In this document: positions 46,570 through 55,626 of the stretch, one piece after another
Layout of the letters: each line of letters opens with the position of its first letter
Numbering within the stretch: the stretch's first letter is position 1
Assembly (NCBI GenBank): GCA_043818055.1
Contig: JBDRGF010000141.1
Location: forward strand, 22,119 to 86,118
Direction: 5' to 3'
From: Pseudomonadota bacterium
Lineage (GTDB): Bacteria; UBA10199; 2-02-FULL-44-16; JBDRGF01
DNA: 64,000 nt
Notes under the pieces: generated by a model
Database searches by the model: none
Seen by the model: only the letters and a program-made list of their open reading frames with translations
What the model was told of the DNA's origin: nothing
Translations under genes and position numbers: made by a program

Positions 46570-48471
46570 TTATTTCCCCGGTGCTGTTGTTGGAATGGGT
46601 TGATGTTTTTGTAAATTCTCCCAAACTATTTGCATCTGTTTATGAATTGTTTCTAAGTCATGTTTGATGGTTGAAAGTGCATGCTGAAAAGTGTCAGGTC
46701 TTTTCCCGCGATCATTTCTTTGTATGGGCGGAGTACTGGTCAGCGCTGTGTTAGTATTATCCCGATCTATTACTTCAGGGAGGATCTGTTCGGAGGGCGG
46801 GGGATTAAGCATGATCTCTTCCAGAATCGTCTGGCTTTGTGTTGATAATTCCAATTCTTCAAGCAAAGCCATTCTATAATCCTGTTCAGGAAATGCTGAT
46901 GATGAGGAAAGAAAGATTCTTAGGTTGTGAGTTATGAATCTAAGTGATTCGAAGATGGTGCCAAAAAGCATTGTAAATTGAAAAGGGAAACCGACAGGGT
47001 TTTTTGCCGACCTCTTCTGCTCATCAAGCAAAGGAACGATTGAGAGGGACTTTATTCCTTCAGCAAATGAAATTATAGCGTGCGCCATAAGCAGGATGTC
47101 TTGCGTAAAACTCTTTTTATCAGCAGTGAAGGATGCAAGACAGTTTGCTACAAAGCTTAAGGAAATCAGAAGGTTCAAAGGGTTGTCTTTGTCAATTGAA
47201 TGTTGTAGCTGTTCGTAATAATTATCAGGAAAATCAATTGATAAAGAATAGCGAGCCGCTTCTGATAGCAGATAACCTAAAAGCAGAAGATCATTTGTTT
47301 TAATCGATGCATTCTTTATGGACAAAATTGAGCTAAGGGTTGAATTCAATTCTTTCAAGAAAGGTTCAAGAGTTTTGAGTTTATGTTCATCAGGCTCTAA
47401 TCTGTTGATCTCTTCCTGACTCCTCTTGAGTTTATGGAAATATAAGAGTGCGCGTGTCAAAAAGAAAAGAAATTTTCCTGTTTCTGAGATGTTTTGTGTC
47501 AATTTATCAAGTGCTTTGATGTAGAAATTGACCATTGTAAAAAAAGCTGAATTGTTGTGCCAATTGACAAATGATTTTTTTGAAAGCTCAAAAATACGGG
47601 TGATTATTTTTTCCGCGTCGTTATCTTCAAGCATACAGATCTGATCGAGAGTGATCTTAGCTGATTCGTGGAATAATCTTTCAAATTTTTTCGTTTGATT
47701 TAGAAAATTCTCATTTGGTTCTTTTTCCTTAGTTTTCAGGGATCTTGCGATTTCATTTGTATTATTCAAGATTTGTGAAAGAAAACCAAGATATCCTGCC
47801 TCTGAGAGATGTTGTTGCTCAAGGGCGCCAGGTCCATCGAAAAATCTTTCTGAGTGATAGTGTTCGCGAACTGCATCATGTTGTTTTAATAGAATTTTCA
47901 GACGCATTTTTGGGCTTTGAGGGTAGATCGATGAAATTCCCTGATTAAACCAATCAAGCGCCTGAATGCGCAATCGAGTAAATGAGTCCGGTTCAAAACT
48001 TTCGAGTACAGCTTGCGCAATATTCCAGTTGCTTACCTGTGCAGCTCTTCCGAAATCTTTTTTTAATGCTTCTAATTGCTCTGGTTCGGATAATATTATA
48101 TATGAAGATGTTATTTCCCTTTGCATAAACCTTCCGAGGGCACTGTCAACATGTGAACAGAGAGCCATCATGAACAACTCCCTATCCCTCCCGGCCATAA
48201 ATGCTTCTTGTATTGGTTGAACATAGGAATTTGGGATTAAGGATGGTGGATCGTTTTCTCTCCTCGATACTATTGTATCATCAGGTGTGAAATGACTTAG
48301 CAGAGGATGTTTTAGCGTTGGTTCGTTTGTTGCCAATATAGTTTCCGGATGGGATTGAACAAATTGCGATGGGGGTGCCAGCTTGGGTTCCTGAGTTATT
48401 GTCTGTTGAGCATTGGGAGTAGGTGGAATTCCAATAGCAGTTGTTATTATGGGACTCTTTGGTCCTGTCAT
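46570..48471 (-). CDS. Orphan ~633-aa predicted all-helical protein with Pro-rich N- and C-termini
   Basis: ATG 48471 is preceded by GGGGGAAACC. ATG 48483 is an alternative. No recognisable motif. Confidence 0.6.
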   Translation of the reverse strand: MTGPKSPIITTAIGIPPTPNAQQTITQEPKLAPPSQFVQSHPETILATNEPTLKHPLLSHFTPDDTIVSRRENDPPSLIPNSYVQPIQEAFMAGRDRELFMMALCSHVDSALGRFMQREITSSYIILSEPEQLEALKKDFGRAAQVSNWNIAQAVLESFEPDSFTRLRIQALDWFNQGISSIYPQSPKMRLKILLKQHDAVREHYHSERFFDGPGALEQQHLSEAGYLGFLSQILNNTNEIARSLKTKEKEPNENFLNQTKKFERLFHESAKITLDQICMLEDNDAEKIITRIFELSKKSFVNWHNNSAFFTMVNFYIKALDKLTQNISETGKFLFFLTRALLYFHKLKRSQEEINRLEPDEHKLKTLEPFLKELNSTLSSILSIKNASIKTNDLLLLGYLLSEAARYSLSIDFPDNYYEQLQHSIDKDNPLNLLISLSFVANCLASFTADKKSFTQDILLMAHAIISFAEGIKSLSIVPLLDEQKRSAKNPVGFPFQFTMLFGTIFESLRFITHNLRIFLSSSSAFPEQDYRMALLEELELSTQSQTILEEIMLNPPPSEQILPEVIDRDNTNTALTSTPPIQRNDRGKRPDTFQHALSTIKHDLETIHKQMQIVWENLQKHQPIPTTAPGK

Positions 48472-48700
48472 GGTTTCCCCCATTTTGAGAACTTAATTTG
48501 AAAAACGAATCAATTGAAAAATGAGAATGGCTCAGATTTATCCAATAAGCGATTTAAACTATATTTCTTATATTGAGATATTTTGCAAGAAGAAAAGTTT
48601 TTATCATGACTTTACATTTATGTTTTTTTTGTGCATATATCTGTTATCAAATTTTGGCGAATTCGTTGTAATACCATTCCCAAATAGTTTTTCTGATAAT

Positions 48701-48754
48701 TAACAATAACAATAACAATAACCAATTAACAATAACCAATTAACAATAACCAAT
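48701..48754 (+). repeat. Tandem repeat (TAACAA)x2 + (TAACAATAACCAAT)x3 in the 5' UTR of the 481-aa gene
   Basis: Perfect 14-mers at 48713, 48727 and 48741. The repeat ends 14 nt before ATG 48769 (SD GGGGGA at 48759-48764). Confidence 0.9.
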
Positions 48755-48768
48755 TAATAGGGGGATCT

Positions 48769-50214
48769 ATGCAATCTTTAGGGTTAACTACTAATCACTT
48801 ATCATTTATGGGGGCGGTGGTTTTGCATAACCCCAAATTGGTTCAGTTTTATGGTGGGGCGGCACCTGAGGCCATAGAGAGACTCTCAGAAAGTTTGCAG
48901 GGAGGGCAATATCCCGAACAATTGCGTTCTTTGGCAGGAGAATATCAAAGAAGATTTATTTCAGGTGCATTTTCATTAGGACTTACAAGGTTTAAGGATC
49001 CTAAATCATCAGTGCCATCCGATGATCCTGAGATGTTTAGGGAAAAATTATTAGAACTCTCAAATTCATCTGATCCGACGCGTATAAGAGCGGCATTGCA
49101 AGAGGGTTTTGAACCGACTGTCGAGAAAATCGAAATTGCAGTTGATCTTCTTTTGAATGAGCTGGGAAGAGTGTTTAATCCATCTGATGAGCGTGAAGTT
49201 TTAATGACTTATCTGAGTAAAATTGAAGAACATGCTGCTATTCATAGCGATGATGATAGAGCGATTATGTTGATGTGGAGAATTAAAGAGTTGATCGATC
49301 AGATATCTGAAAAACAGCTCTCTAAGGTTTTACAAAACATTGTAAGTTTAATGATTGAAAAATATAGATTTCCTGATGCTGCAGCTCAGGCGATATTAGA
49401 GCGTGTGAATAGAATTTTTCCCGATGCAGATCATTATGCTGCAGGAATTATGTTGGATGAAATTCTCAAGCTAGATGGTTTTACTCCCTCAGTCGTTATT
49501 CCTACATCAAGGGTGTTGGATAATATTGGCGAAGGAGAGCGGGCTTTGAATGCAATTAACAGAGTTCGTAATGAACCTATGACACCGCTTGAAAAATTAT
49601 TGCAAAGAGTTGTCGAGGCCTCTATCGGTTTGAAAAACAAAAATGGAGCATTGATTGAAAAGGCGAGAAAGGGTCTGCTGCATGAACTCAAGCTTTCCAG
49701 TCGATCGTTGCTTGGTGATCGTGGTGACATGCTGGATAAAGATGAGTCTGGATACGATCATGCTAAATCAACTCATTTTGCAGAGAATGAGAAATCAGAA
49801 GGGCGTATGTTATGGTATGAAGGTGCTATGTTGGTGGCTGAATGTTATAAGGCAATTTGGGCTGATAAATTATCCCGCGCGTTTAGCATGATGTTATCAA
49901 GAAATCACGCTACTTCTTTGACTGCAGAAGATCTGGAAGAATATTTATATCAGGAGGTGAGAGAGGTTGGTGTAGAGGTTTTTGCATTGCTTGTACATGC
50001 CGATCAATATTTGCGTGGATGGATTTTAGAACAGGCCGAGGATGATAAATCTGTTTTATATAATTGGCAGCAGAGGATGAGGGAAAATATCAACACCTGG
50101 ATGAATGAGGAGGGGAAGGCATATCCCAAACTAATTGATGATGTCCTGCAAAATGTTAGCGTTTTACATACAAAGGGAGATCAGCTTCCGAATATTTTTT
50201 CTCTCATGCAATAA
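48769..50214 (+). CDS. Orphan 481-aa predicted helical protein
   Basis: Long ORF with SD GGGGGATCT-ATG. No motif recognised. Its 3' end overlaps the convergent ade gene by 11 nt. Confidence 0.6.
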   Translation: MQSLGLTTNHLSFMGAVVLHNPKLVQFYGGAAPEAIERLSESLQGGQYPEQLRSLAGEYQRRFISGAFSLGLTRFKDPKSSVPSDDPEMFREKLLELSNSSDPTRIRAALQEGFEPTVEKIEIAVDLLLNELGRVFNPSDEREVLMTYLSKIEEHAAIHSDDDRAIMLMWRIKELIDQISEKQLSKVLQNIVSLMIEKYRFPDAAAQAILERVNRIFPDADHYAAGIMLDEILKLDGFTPSVVIPTSRVLDNIGEGERALNAINRVRNEPMTPLEKLLQRVVEASIGLKNKNGALIEKARKGLLHELKLSSRSLLGDRGDMLDKDESGYDHAKSTHFAENEKSEGRMLWYEGAMLVAECYKAIWADKLSRAFSMMLSRNHATSLTAEDLEEYLYQEVREVGVEVFALLVHADQYLRGWILEQAEDDKSVLYNWQQRMRENINTWMNEEGKAYPKLIDDVLQNVSVLHTKGDQLPNIFSLMQ

Positions 50215-51916
50215 ACAGATCGACAAACTTTTGTCTCACGACATCTACAAGCCCTCTGTCGGTGAGTTTTATCTCTGGTATGACAGCCAGCGCAAGAAAA
50301 GATAGCGTCTGAAATGGATCCTCGAGCCTTGAGCCCAGTTTTGAAGCAGCTTTCAAAAGCCTTTTCTTATATTCCATGACATCCTTTATGGGCATGTCTG
50401 TCATGAGTCCGGCGATGGGAAGGGGGAGGACTTCCAGAACCTTTCCATTCATCACAGCGGCAAAGCCCCCGTTAGCCTCTTCAAGAGCCCTTGCAGCCTC
50501 AAGCATATCGCCATCGTTCATCCCAACGACGATCAGGTTGTGCGAGTCGTGCGCCACTGTAGATGCTAGCGCGCCTCTTTTTAGTCCAAAGCCTTTGACG
50601 AATCCCAAGCCGACGTTGCCGGTCGCATGATGCCTTTCAATGACTGCGAGTTTTGCCAGATCCATTTTTGAATTCACTTCAGCATATCCATCGACTATCC
50701 TAGCAGGTTGAACTATCTCTTTTGTGACGATCTGATGTGGCACCAGCTCGATCACGCGAATATTCTTAGATTCTGCTTTTATTTTAAAACTCTTATCGGC
50801 CAACTCGCCGATGTTGACATTCCTTCGGAAGTGAGTCCTGATTTTCGGTTTGATCTCAACGACCATCTTTCCATCTTTTGCGACGATCTTACCATTTTTA
50901 AATACCATTTTGATTTTGAAGTTGTGAAAGTTATCGAAGACTACCAGATCGGCTTTATGTCCGACTGCGATCGCCCCCTGTTTTTCTTCAAACCTGAAAT
51001 ACTCCGCCGTGTTTAAAGTCGCCATCTGAATTGCAGTGAGAGGGCTGAGCCCGAATCTGATCGCTTTTTTTATTACATAATTGATGTGCCCTTCGTTTAT
51101 GAGATCTTTCGGAACACGGTCGTCTGTGCAGAACATGCAGCGATGCGCGTTGCTCTTGTTGACCACGGGCAAGAGATCCTTCAAGTTTCTCTCGCACGTC
51201 CCTTCGCGCACCATGAGGTGCAGCCCCGCCGCAAGTTTTGCAGCCGCCTCTTTTGCAGTTGTCGATTCGTGATCTGAGCGGATGTTGGCCATTAAGTAAG
51301 CATTGAGTTCGATCTTGGTGAGTCCGGGCGCGTGGCCATCGATCGTATGACCCTTCGCCTTTTTTATCTTTCTCATCAGCTCGCGATTTCGGTGGATGAC
51401 GCCGGGATAGTTCATGACCTCCGCCAACCCCAACACCCTCGGATGTTTCCAGAACTGTGCGAGATCGTCCGCGGTTATTTTTGCGCCCGATGTTTCGAGA
51501 TTCGTAGATGGCACGCAGCTTGGTATCATGAAATAGACATCGAGAGGAAGACCCTCGGTTATGTTGAGCATATATCGGATGCCCTTTACTCCAAGGACAT
51601 TGGCGATCTCGTGCGGATCGACGATTACAGATGTCGTCCCGAGAGGTACAACGGTCTTTGCAAATTCAACAGGAGAGATCATCGTCGATTCGAGGTGCAT
51701 GTGGGCGTCAAAAAATCCAGAGGAGACGTATGCCCCTCTGACATCGATGGTCTTTCGGGATTTATATTTTCCCACACCTAAGATTACGCCATCGATGATG
51801 CCGATATCACCGTGAATAATTCTTCCCGACGTCACAGAGACGATATTCGCATTTTTTATCACAAGATCGGCCGGAATCTCTCCAGCAGCCGCTGCAATTC
51901 TTTTTTCAAGGCTCAT
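50204..51916 (-). CDS. ade: Adenine deaminase
   Basis: 570 aa. IKNANIVSV...GDIGIIDGVI, the FFDAHMHLES metal site, and TDGHAPG. Confidence 0.9.
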   Translation of the reverse strand: MSLEKRIAAAAGEIPADLVIKNANIVSVTSGRIIHGDIGIIDGVILGVGKYKSRKTIDVRGAYVSSGFFDAHMHLESTMISPVEFAKTVVPLGTTSVIVDPHEIANVLGVKGIRYMLNITEGLPLDVYFMIPSCVPSTNLETSGAKITADDLAQFWKHPRVLGLAEVMNYPGVIHRNRELMRKIKKAKGHTIDGHAPGLTKIELNAYLMANIRSDHESTTAKEAAAKLAAGLHLMVREGTCERNLKDLLPVVNKSNAHRCMFCTDDRVPKDLINEGHINYVIKKAIRFGLSPLTAIQMATLNTAEYFRFEEKQGAIAVGHKADLVVFDNFHNFKIKMVFKNGKIVAKDGKMVVEIKPKIRTHFRRNVNIGELADKSFKIKAESKNIRVIELVPHQIVTKEIVQPARIVDGYAEVNSKMDLAKLAVIERHHATGNVGLGFVKGFGLKRGALASTVAHDSHNLIVVGMNDGDMLEAARALEEANGGFAAVMNGKVLEVLPLPIAGLMTDMPIKDVMEYKKRLLKAASKLGSRLEDPFQTLSFLALAVIPEIKLTDRGLVDVVRQKFVDLFIA

Positions 51917-51933
51917 AAGTTACTCCGTAGTAA

Positions 51934-52035
51934 TAGCGGATAGTTTTTAGCGTTTAGCGTAGAGCGTAGAGCGTATAGAAAAAAACTAAACGCTATCCGC
52001 TCTACGCTATAAAAATCCGCTCTACGCTATAAAAA
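51934..52035. repeat. Heptamer-periodic imperfect palindrome plus a perfect 20-bp tandem duplication
   Basis: TAGCGGA TAGTTTT TAGCGTT TAGCGTA GAGCGTA GAGCGTA TAG, then the inverted words CTAAACGCTATCCGCTCTACGCTAT. TCCGCTCTACGCTATAAAAA occurs twice (51996-52015 and 52016-52035). The second copy contains the permease stop codon. Confidence 0.8.
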
Positions 52036-53346
52036 AACATATCTTGCTACGAACAAAATTCCCAACACATAAACCAGCCAGCTCACCTTTTTTCCTTTTC
52101 CAGCGCAGAGCATTAGGATCGGGTAGCTGATGAAGCCTATCGCGATGCCATCGGCTATGGAAAATGTAAATGGAATTGCTATTATTGTCAGAAATGCAGG
52201 GATCGCCTCCACGAGGTTATCCCATGCTATATCCCTTATTCCCGCCATCATCATCGCACCGACCATGATGAGCGCCGGAGCAGTCACTGGGTGGATCATG
52301 GATCCATTTGAAAGCTGAATCGGTCTTGCGATCATCTCGACGATGGGAAAGAAGAAGAGGGCGAGTAAAAATAAAATTCCAATGGTGATCGCGGTGAGCC
52401 CCGTCCGACCCCCTGATTTTATGCCTGTGATGCTCTCTATATATGAAGTTACTGTCGAAGTGCCGAGGAGCGCCCCAGCAACCGTTCCGACGGCATCCGA
52501 GAAGAGTGCCTGCGATGCCCTTGGTAGTTTATCATTTTTTATAAGCCCCGCTTGCGATGTCACGCCGATGAGCGTGCCGATCGTGTCGAACATGTCCATG
52601 TAGAGTAGCGTAAGAATCGGTACGATGTACTCGAATTTTAGCACGCCTAATATATCCAATTTGAAAAGGGTAGGTTTGATCGATGGGGGAAGGCTAAAGA
52701 TTCCCTGGTATTTCAAAATTCCGGTCGCGATGCCGATGATGGCCGTTGCGATGATGCCGATGATGATGAATCCCCTGACCTTTCTGACAGCTAAAATTCC
52801 GATGATAAGAAGCCCCGCGATCGCGAGCATGACCGGCGGTTCTGAAAAATTACCTTTAGCGACTATTCCGCCGGCACTTTTCACAACAATGCCGGCTTCG
52901 ATTAGCCCGATGAATGAGATGAAAATGCCGATGCCGACGGCGATCGCAACTTTCAGACAATGAGGGATGGCGTTGATCACCATCTCGCGAATCTTCAGAA
53001 GACTCAATAATATAAATACAGTTCCTGAGATGAAAACCATCCCAAGGGCTTTATCCCAGCCGATGCCGAACCCCAAAACTATCGAGTAGAGGAAAAAGAA
53101 ATTCTCTCCCATCCCGGGTGCGAGTCCGATGGGGTAGTTGGCCAAAAGACCCATGAGTATAGTAGCGATGGCGGAGGCAATGCAGGTAGCGACCATCACC
53201 GAGCCGGGATCCATGCCGGCCTGCGTCAGAACCTGCACCTGAACGAAGATGATGTAGGCCATGGTGAGAAAGGTAGTAAACCCGGCCAGGATTTCAGTGC
53301 GAATATTTGTAGAATGCTCCGAGAGTTTAAAAAATTTCTCTAACAT
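52027..53346 (-). CDS. NCS2 family purine permease (AzgA/PbuG-like adenine/guanine/hypoxanthine)
   Basis: MLEKFFKLSEHSTNIRTEILAGFTTFLTMAYIIFV is the characteristic N-terminus. Polytopic. The track ORF extension to 53460 translates a REP element. Confidence 0.88.
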   Translation of the reverse strand: MLEKFFKLSEHSTNIRTEILAGFTTFLTMAYIIFVQVQVLTQAGMDPGSVMVATCIASAIATILMGLLANYPIGLAPGMGENFFFLYSIVLGFGIGWDKALGMVFISGTVFILLSLLKIREMVINAIPHCLKVAIAVGIGIFISFIGLIEAGIVVKSAGGIVAKGNFSEPPVMLAIAGLLIIGILAVRKVRGFIIIGIIATAIIGIATGILKYQGIFSLPPSIKPTLFKLDILGVLKFEYIVPILTLLYMDMFDTIGTLIGVTSQAGLIKNDKLPRASQALFSDAVGTVAGALLGTSTVTSYIESITGIKSGGRTGLTAITIGILFLLALFFFPIVEMIARPIQLSNGSMIHPVTAPALIMVGAMMMAGIRDIAWDNLVEAIPAFLTIIAIPFTFSIADGIAIGFISYPILMLCAGKGKKVSWLVYVLGILFVARYVFL

Positions 53347-53424
53347 ATTCCCCCCTGAATTAATGAGGCAGATCATACACAATTTTTGCATATATATCAA
53401 AGTGAATAAAAGGTTTTCCGCTAT

Positions 53425-53547
53425 GCCCTTCCCCCTTTTGACGGGGGAAGGTGGCCTCAATGATTTTTCCGCTTTGCTCTGCCCCCTTGACGGGGGAAGA
53501 TGCCCTTGCCATGTCGCATGATATGGCGCAGGGCAGAAGGGGGTGAG
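53425..53547 (+). repeat. Long (double) form of the GGGGGAAGG REP-like element
   Basis: CCTTCCCCC-N7-GGGGGAAGG (53427-53451) and CCCCC-TTGAC-GGGGG (53482-53496), then GCCCTTGCCATGTCGCATGATATGGCGCAGGGC and AGAAGGGGGTGAG. An inverted copy lies at 59198-59320. Confidence 0.85.
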
Positions 53548-53625
53548 TTCCTTTGGCCGTAAAAGCTCTAATCAACATTGATAAAGCATTTCTTCTATGA
53601 TAAAGCTGTGTATTTGGAGGATTAT

Positions 53626-54120
53626 ATGGATCAATTCATGCGAGCGGCTATCGATGAGGCGAGAAGAGGGCTAGATGAGGGTGGTATCCCGATAGGATCT
53701 GTCCTGATGCGCGATGAAAAGGTTATCGGACGAGGTCACAACAGAAGGGTCCAAAACTCTGATCCAATGGAACACGCCGAGATAAATTGCCTGAGAAACG
53801 CGGGGAGAATAGGCTCATATGAGGGGTCGGTTTTATATTCAACACTGATGCCCTGTTTTCTGTGTGCGGGTGCCGTGGTACAATTTGGAATCAAAAAGGT
53901 AATAGCAGGTGAAAACGAGACCTTCAATGGCGCAAAGGAATTTATGGAATCGCACGGTGTCGAGGTGATCGATCTCAATCTCGATGAATGCAAAGGGCTT
54001 ATGAAGGAATTCATCCAAAAAAATCCCGACCTCTGGAATGAAGATATCGGGAAACTCAAAAAAAATAATAAATTCAGATGTTGGCTGATAAATCTCTTTC
54101 ACAAATTATTCAGGCGGTAG
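53626..54120 (+). CDS. CMP/dCMP-type zinc deaminase, FCY1-like (cytosine deaminase candidate)
   Basis: GGIPIGSVL...GRGHNRR...HAEINCL (HAE zinc/catalytic motif) and PCFLCAG (PCxxC). ATG 53626 has SD TGGAGGA. Confidence 0.75.
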   Translation: MDQFMRAAIDEARRGLDEGGIPIGSVLMRDEKVIGRGHNRRVQNSDPMEHAEINCLRNAGRIGSYEGSVLYSTLMPCFLCAGAVVQFGIKKVIAGENETFNGAKEFMESHGVEVIDLNLDECKGLMKEFIQKNPDLWNEDIGKLKKNNKFRCWLINLFHKLFRR

Positions 54121-54211
54121 AGAATACCCCTCAAAAAGCCTCGACGAGAGCTGACGCGGCGTCGAATGGTCGCAAAATGCTGTAAAATAAGTCTTTTAGG
54201 CGACTATTCCC

Positions 54212-54240
54212 TTGACATTCTTGTTGATAGTGATTTTAAT
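54212..54240 (+). promoter_or_regulatory. Candidate sigma70 promoter of the three-gene kinase operon
   Basis: TTGACA (54212-54217), 17-nt spacer, TTTAAT (54235-54240). ATG lies 49 nt downstream. Confidence 0.45.
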
Positions 54241-54288
54241 AGAACTTAAGTTTAACTCTTTTAAGGTTCGTTCAATCCAGAGGAAAAA

Positions 54289-55626
54289 ATGGGAATTGAA
54301 AATAGCAAACATCGTTTGAGTGTCGGTTTTCTTGCCAATCCAATCATGTTTGGTGATTCTGAGTTCGAAGGAGTGTATCAGTTTCGCTTTGGCCCGAAGA
54401 AATTCAGGATGGGGGCCGGGCTGTCTGTTCAATGGTCTCCTTTAAAAGGATCGCGATCTAAGGTCGACATTTCAACTGCGACATCGAGTGAGGCTGAGAG
54501 GGCTGGCATATCGGGATTTGTCTATGAGAAGAGCAATCGTATATCTGCTTTGTTGAATTTCAGCGGGACATGGTATTTTTATAAAGGCAGGCATGGACAG
54601 GTGGGAGTTGGAGGAAAGCTGGGTGCGGGTATTTCAAACAGCTATGGAGATCTGATAATCCAGGCTGCTCAGAGCGGGCTCAGTTCAAACATCTCCGAAT
54701 TATCATTGCCAACCGACGGATCGATGATATGGGCGATGGTGCTTAGAGGAGGGTTATTTTCCGAATATGTTTTCCCGAGATCATTTATGGCCCTTTATAT
54801 CAAAGCTTCAGCCGAGGCACCAATCTCAATTCAAAGCAACATTGCAAAACCGTTTACGCTTTTATTTCAAGTAGGTGGTGGCATTGTAGTCTATCTTGAT
54901 AAGATAGTAAAAAAAGCCGGTAAGAATGGACATAGAATACCGCAATTCATGCCAACGACAAATGGCACAGCATCAAAACCGACGACACAATCACTTTCAA
55001 ATGAATCATTTCAAAAACTTCACAAAGCCTTTCTTGCTGAGAACCAGTTGGCATTCAGGGCCGCTATTGCAGCTAAACAGGCAAAAACTGATCTAAAGAG
55101 AGATTCAATATTGGAAGCTAAAAGACTTCTTGCTGAAACAGACAATGCTACGAAAAAAAGAAAGAAATTAGAAAAACAATATCCTCGTCTATCAAATGGA
55201 CAGAGAAAACAATTGTACAAATTAGTAGCGACTGTGCCCATACAAAAGATGAACACTAAAAATGATATTAATCAAGCTGAACAAACTTTGCGCTCAAGGC
55301 TTCAGGCTAGAAAGAGAGTTTTAATTGCAAAAAAGAGTGTTCGTAAAGGTGCGTTATCATCAGCTGAGAGGGGTTTGTCTGAAGCAAGATCAGCCTTGAG
55401 GGTTGCGACAACTGGTGATGAGGTTCTGAAACACGAAGGTATGAAAAAAGTTGCGAGGGCAGCAAAATCATTGAAATCAAGTATTCAAACGCTGATTACA
55501 AAGATTAAGGCAAATAATAAATCTCTTAGCGAACTGAGAAAATTGAAAAGTGAAGCTGATTCTCTGTATATCACTGCAAAAAGACTTCACGCAAAATCAA
55601 AAAGAATCAAACGAGATATGCTATGA
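54289..55626 (+). CDS. Orphan protein: Gly-rich beta-strand-patterned N-domain (~210 aa) plus highly basic coiled-coil C-domain
   Basis: SD GAGGAAAAA. The N-terminus has alternating hydrophobic patterns and G-rich turns (GQVGVGGKLGAGISNSYG) with no signal peptide. The C-terminus is K/R/A/L-rich and heptad-like. Confidence 0.6.
   Translation: MGIENSKHRLSVGFLANPIMFGDSEFEGVYQFRFGPKKFRMGAGLSVQWSPLKGSRSKVDISTATSSEAERAGISGFVYEKSNRISALLNFSGTWYFYKGRHGQVGVGGKLGAGISNSYGDLIIQAAQSGLSSNISELSLPTDGSMIWAMVLRGGLFSEYVFPRSFMALYIKASAEAPISIQSNIAKPFTLLFQVGGGIVVYLDKIVKKAGKNGHRIPQFMPTTNGTASKPTTQSLSNESFQKLHKAFLAENQLAFRAAIAAKQAKTDLKRDSILEAKRLLAETDNATKKRKKLEKQYPRLSNGQRKQLYKLVATVPIQKMNTKNDINQAEQTLRSRLQARKRVLIAKKSVRKGALSSAERGLSEARSALRVATTGDEVLKHEGMKKVARAAKSLKSSIQTLITKIKANNKSLSELRKLKSEADSLYITAKRLHAKSKRIKRDML

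Noticed and set aside
48701-48754. Possible CRISPR-like or minisatellite array.
   Set aside because: The units are 14 nt, contiguous and without spacers, and no cas genes are present. It is a simple tandem repeat in a 5' UTR.
53347-53424. Expected purine riboswitch upstream of the NCS2 permease.
   Set aside because: At 78 nt it is too short, and it lacks the conserved UAUA...CUACC-type junction residues on the minus strand.
53360-53578. 72-aa ORF (and its twin 59220-59444) sharing SCDMARASSPVKGAE.
   Set aside because: The shared peptide is simply the translation of the inverted ~123-bp repeat. There is no SD, and the remainder is unrelated between the two ORFs.
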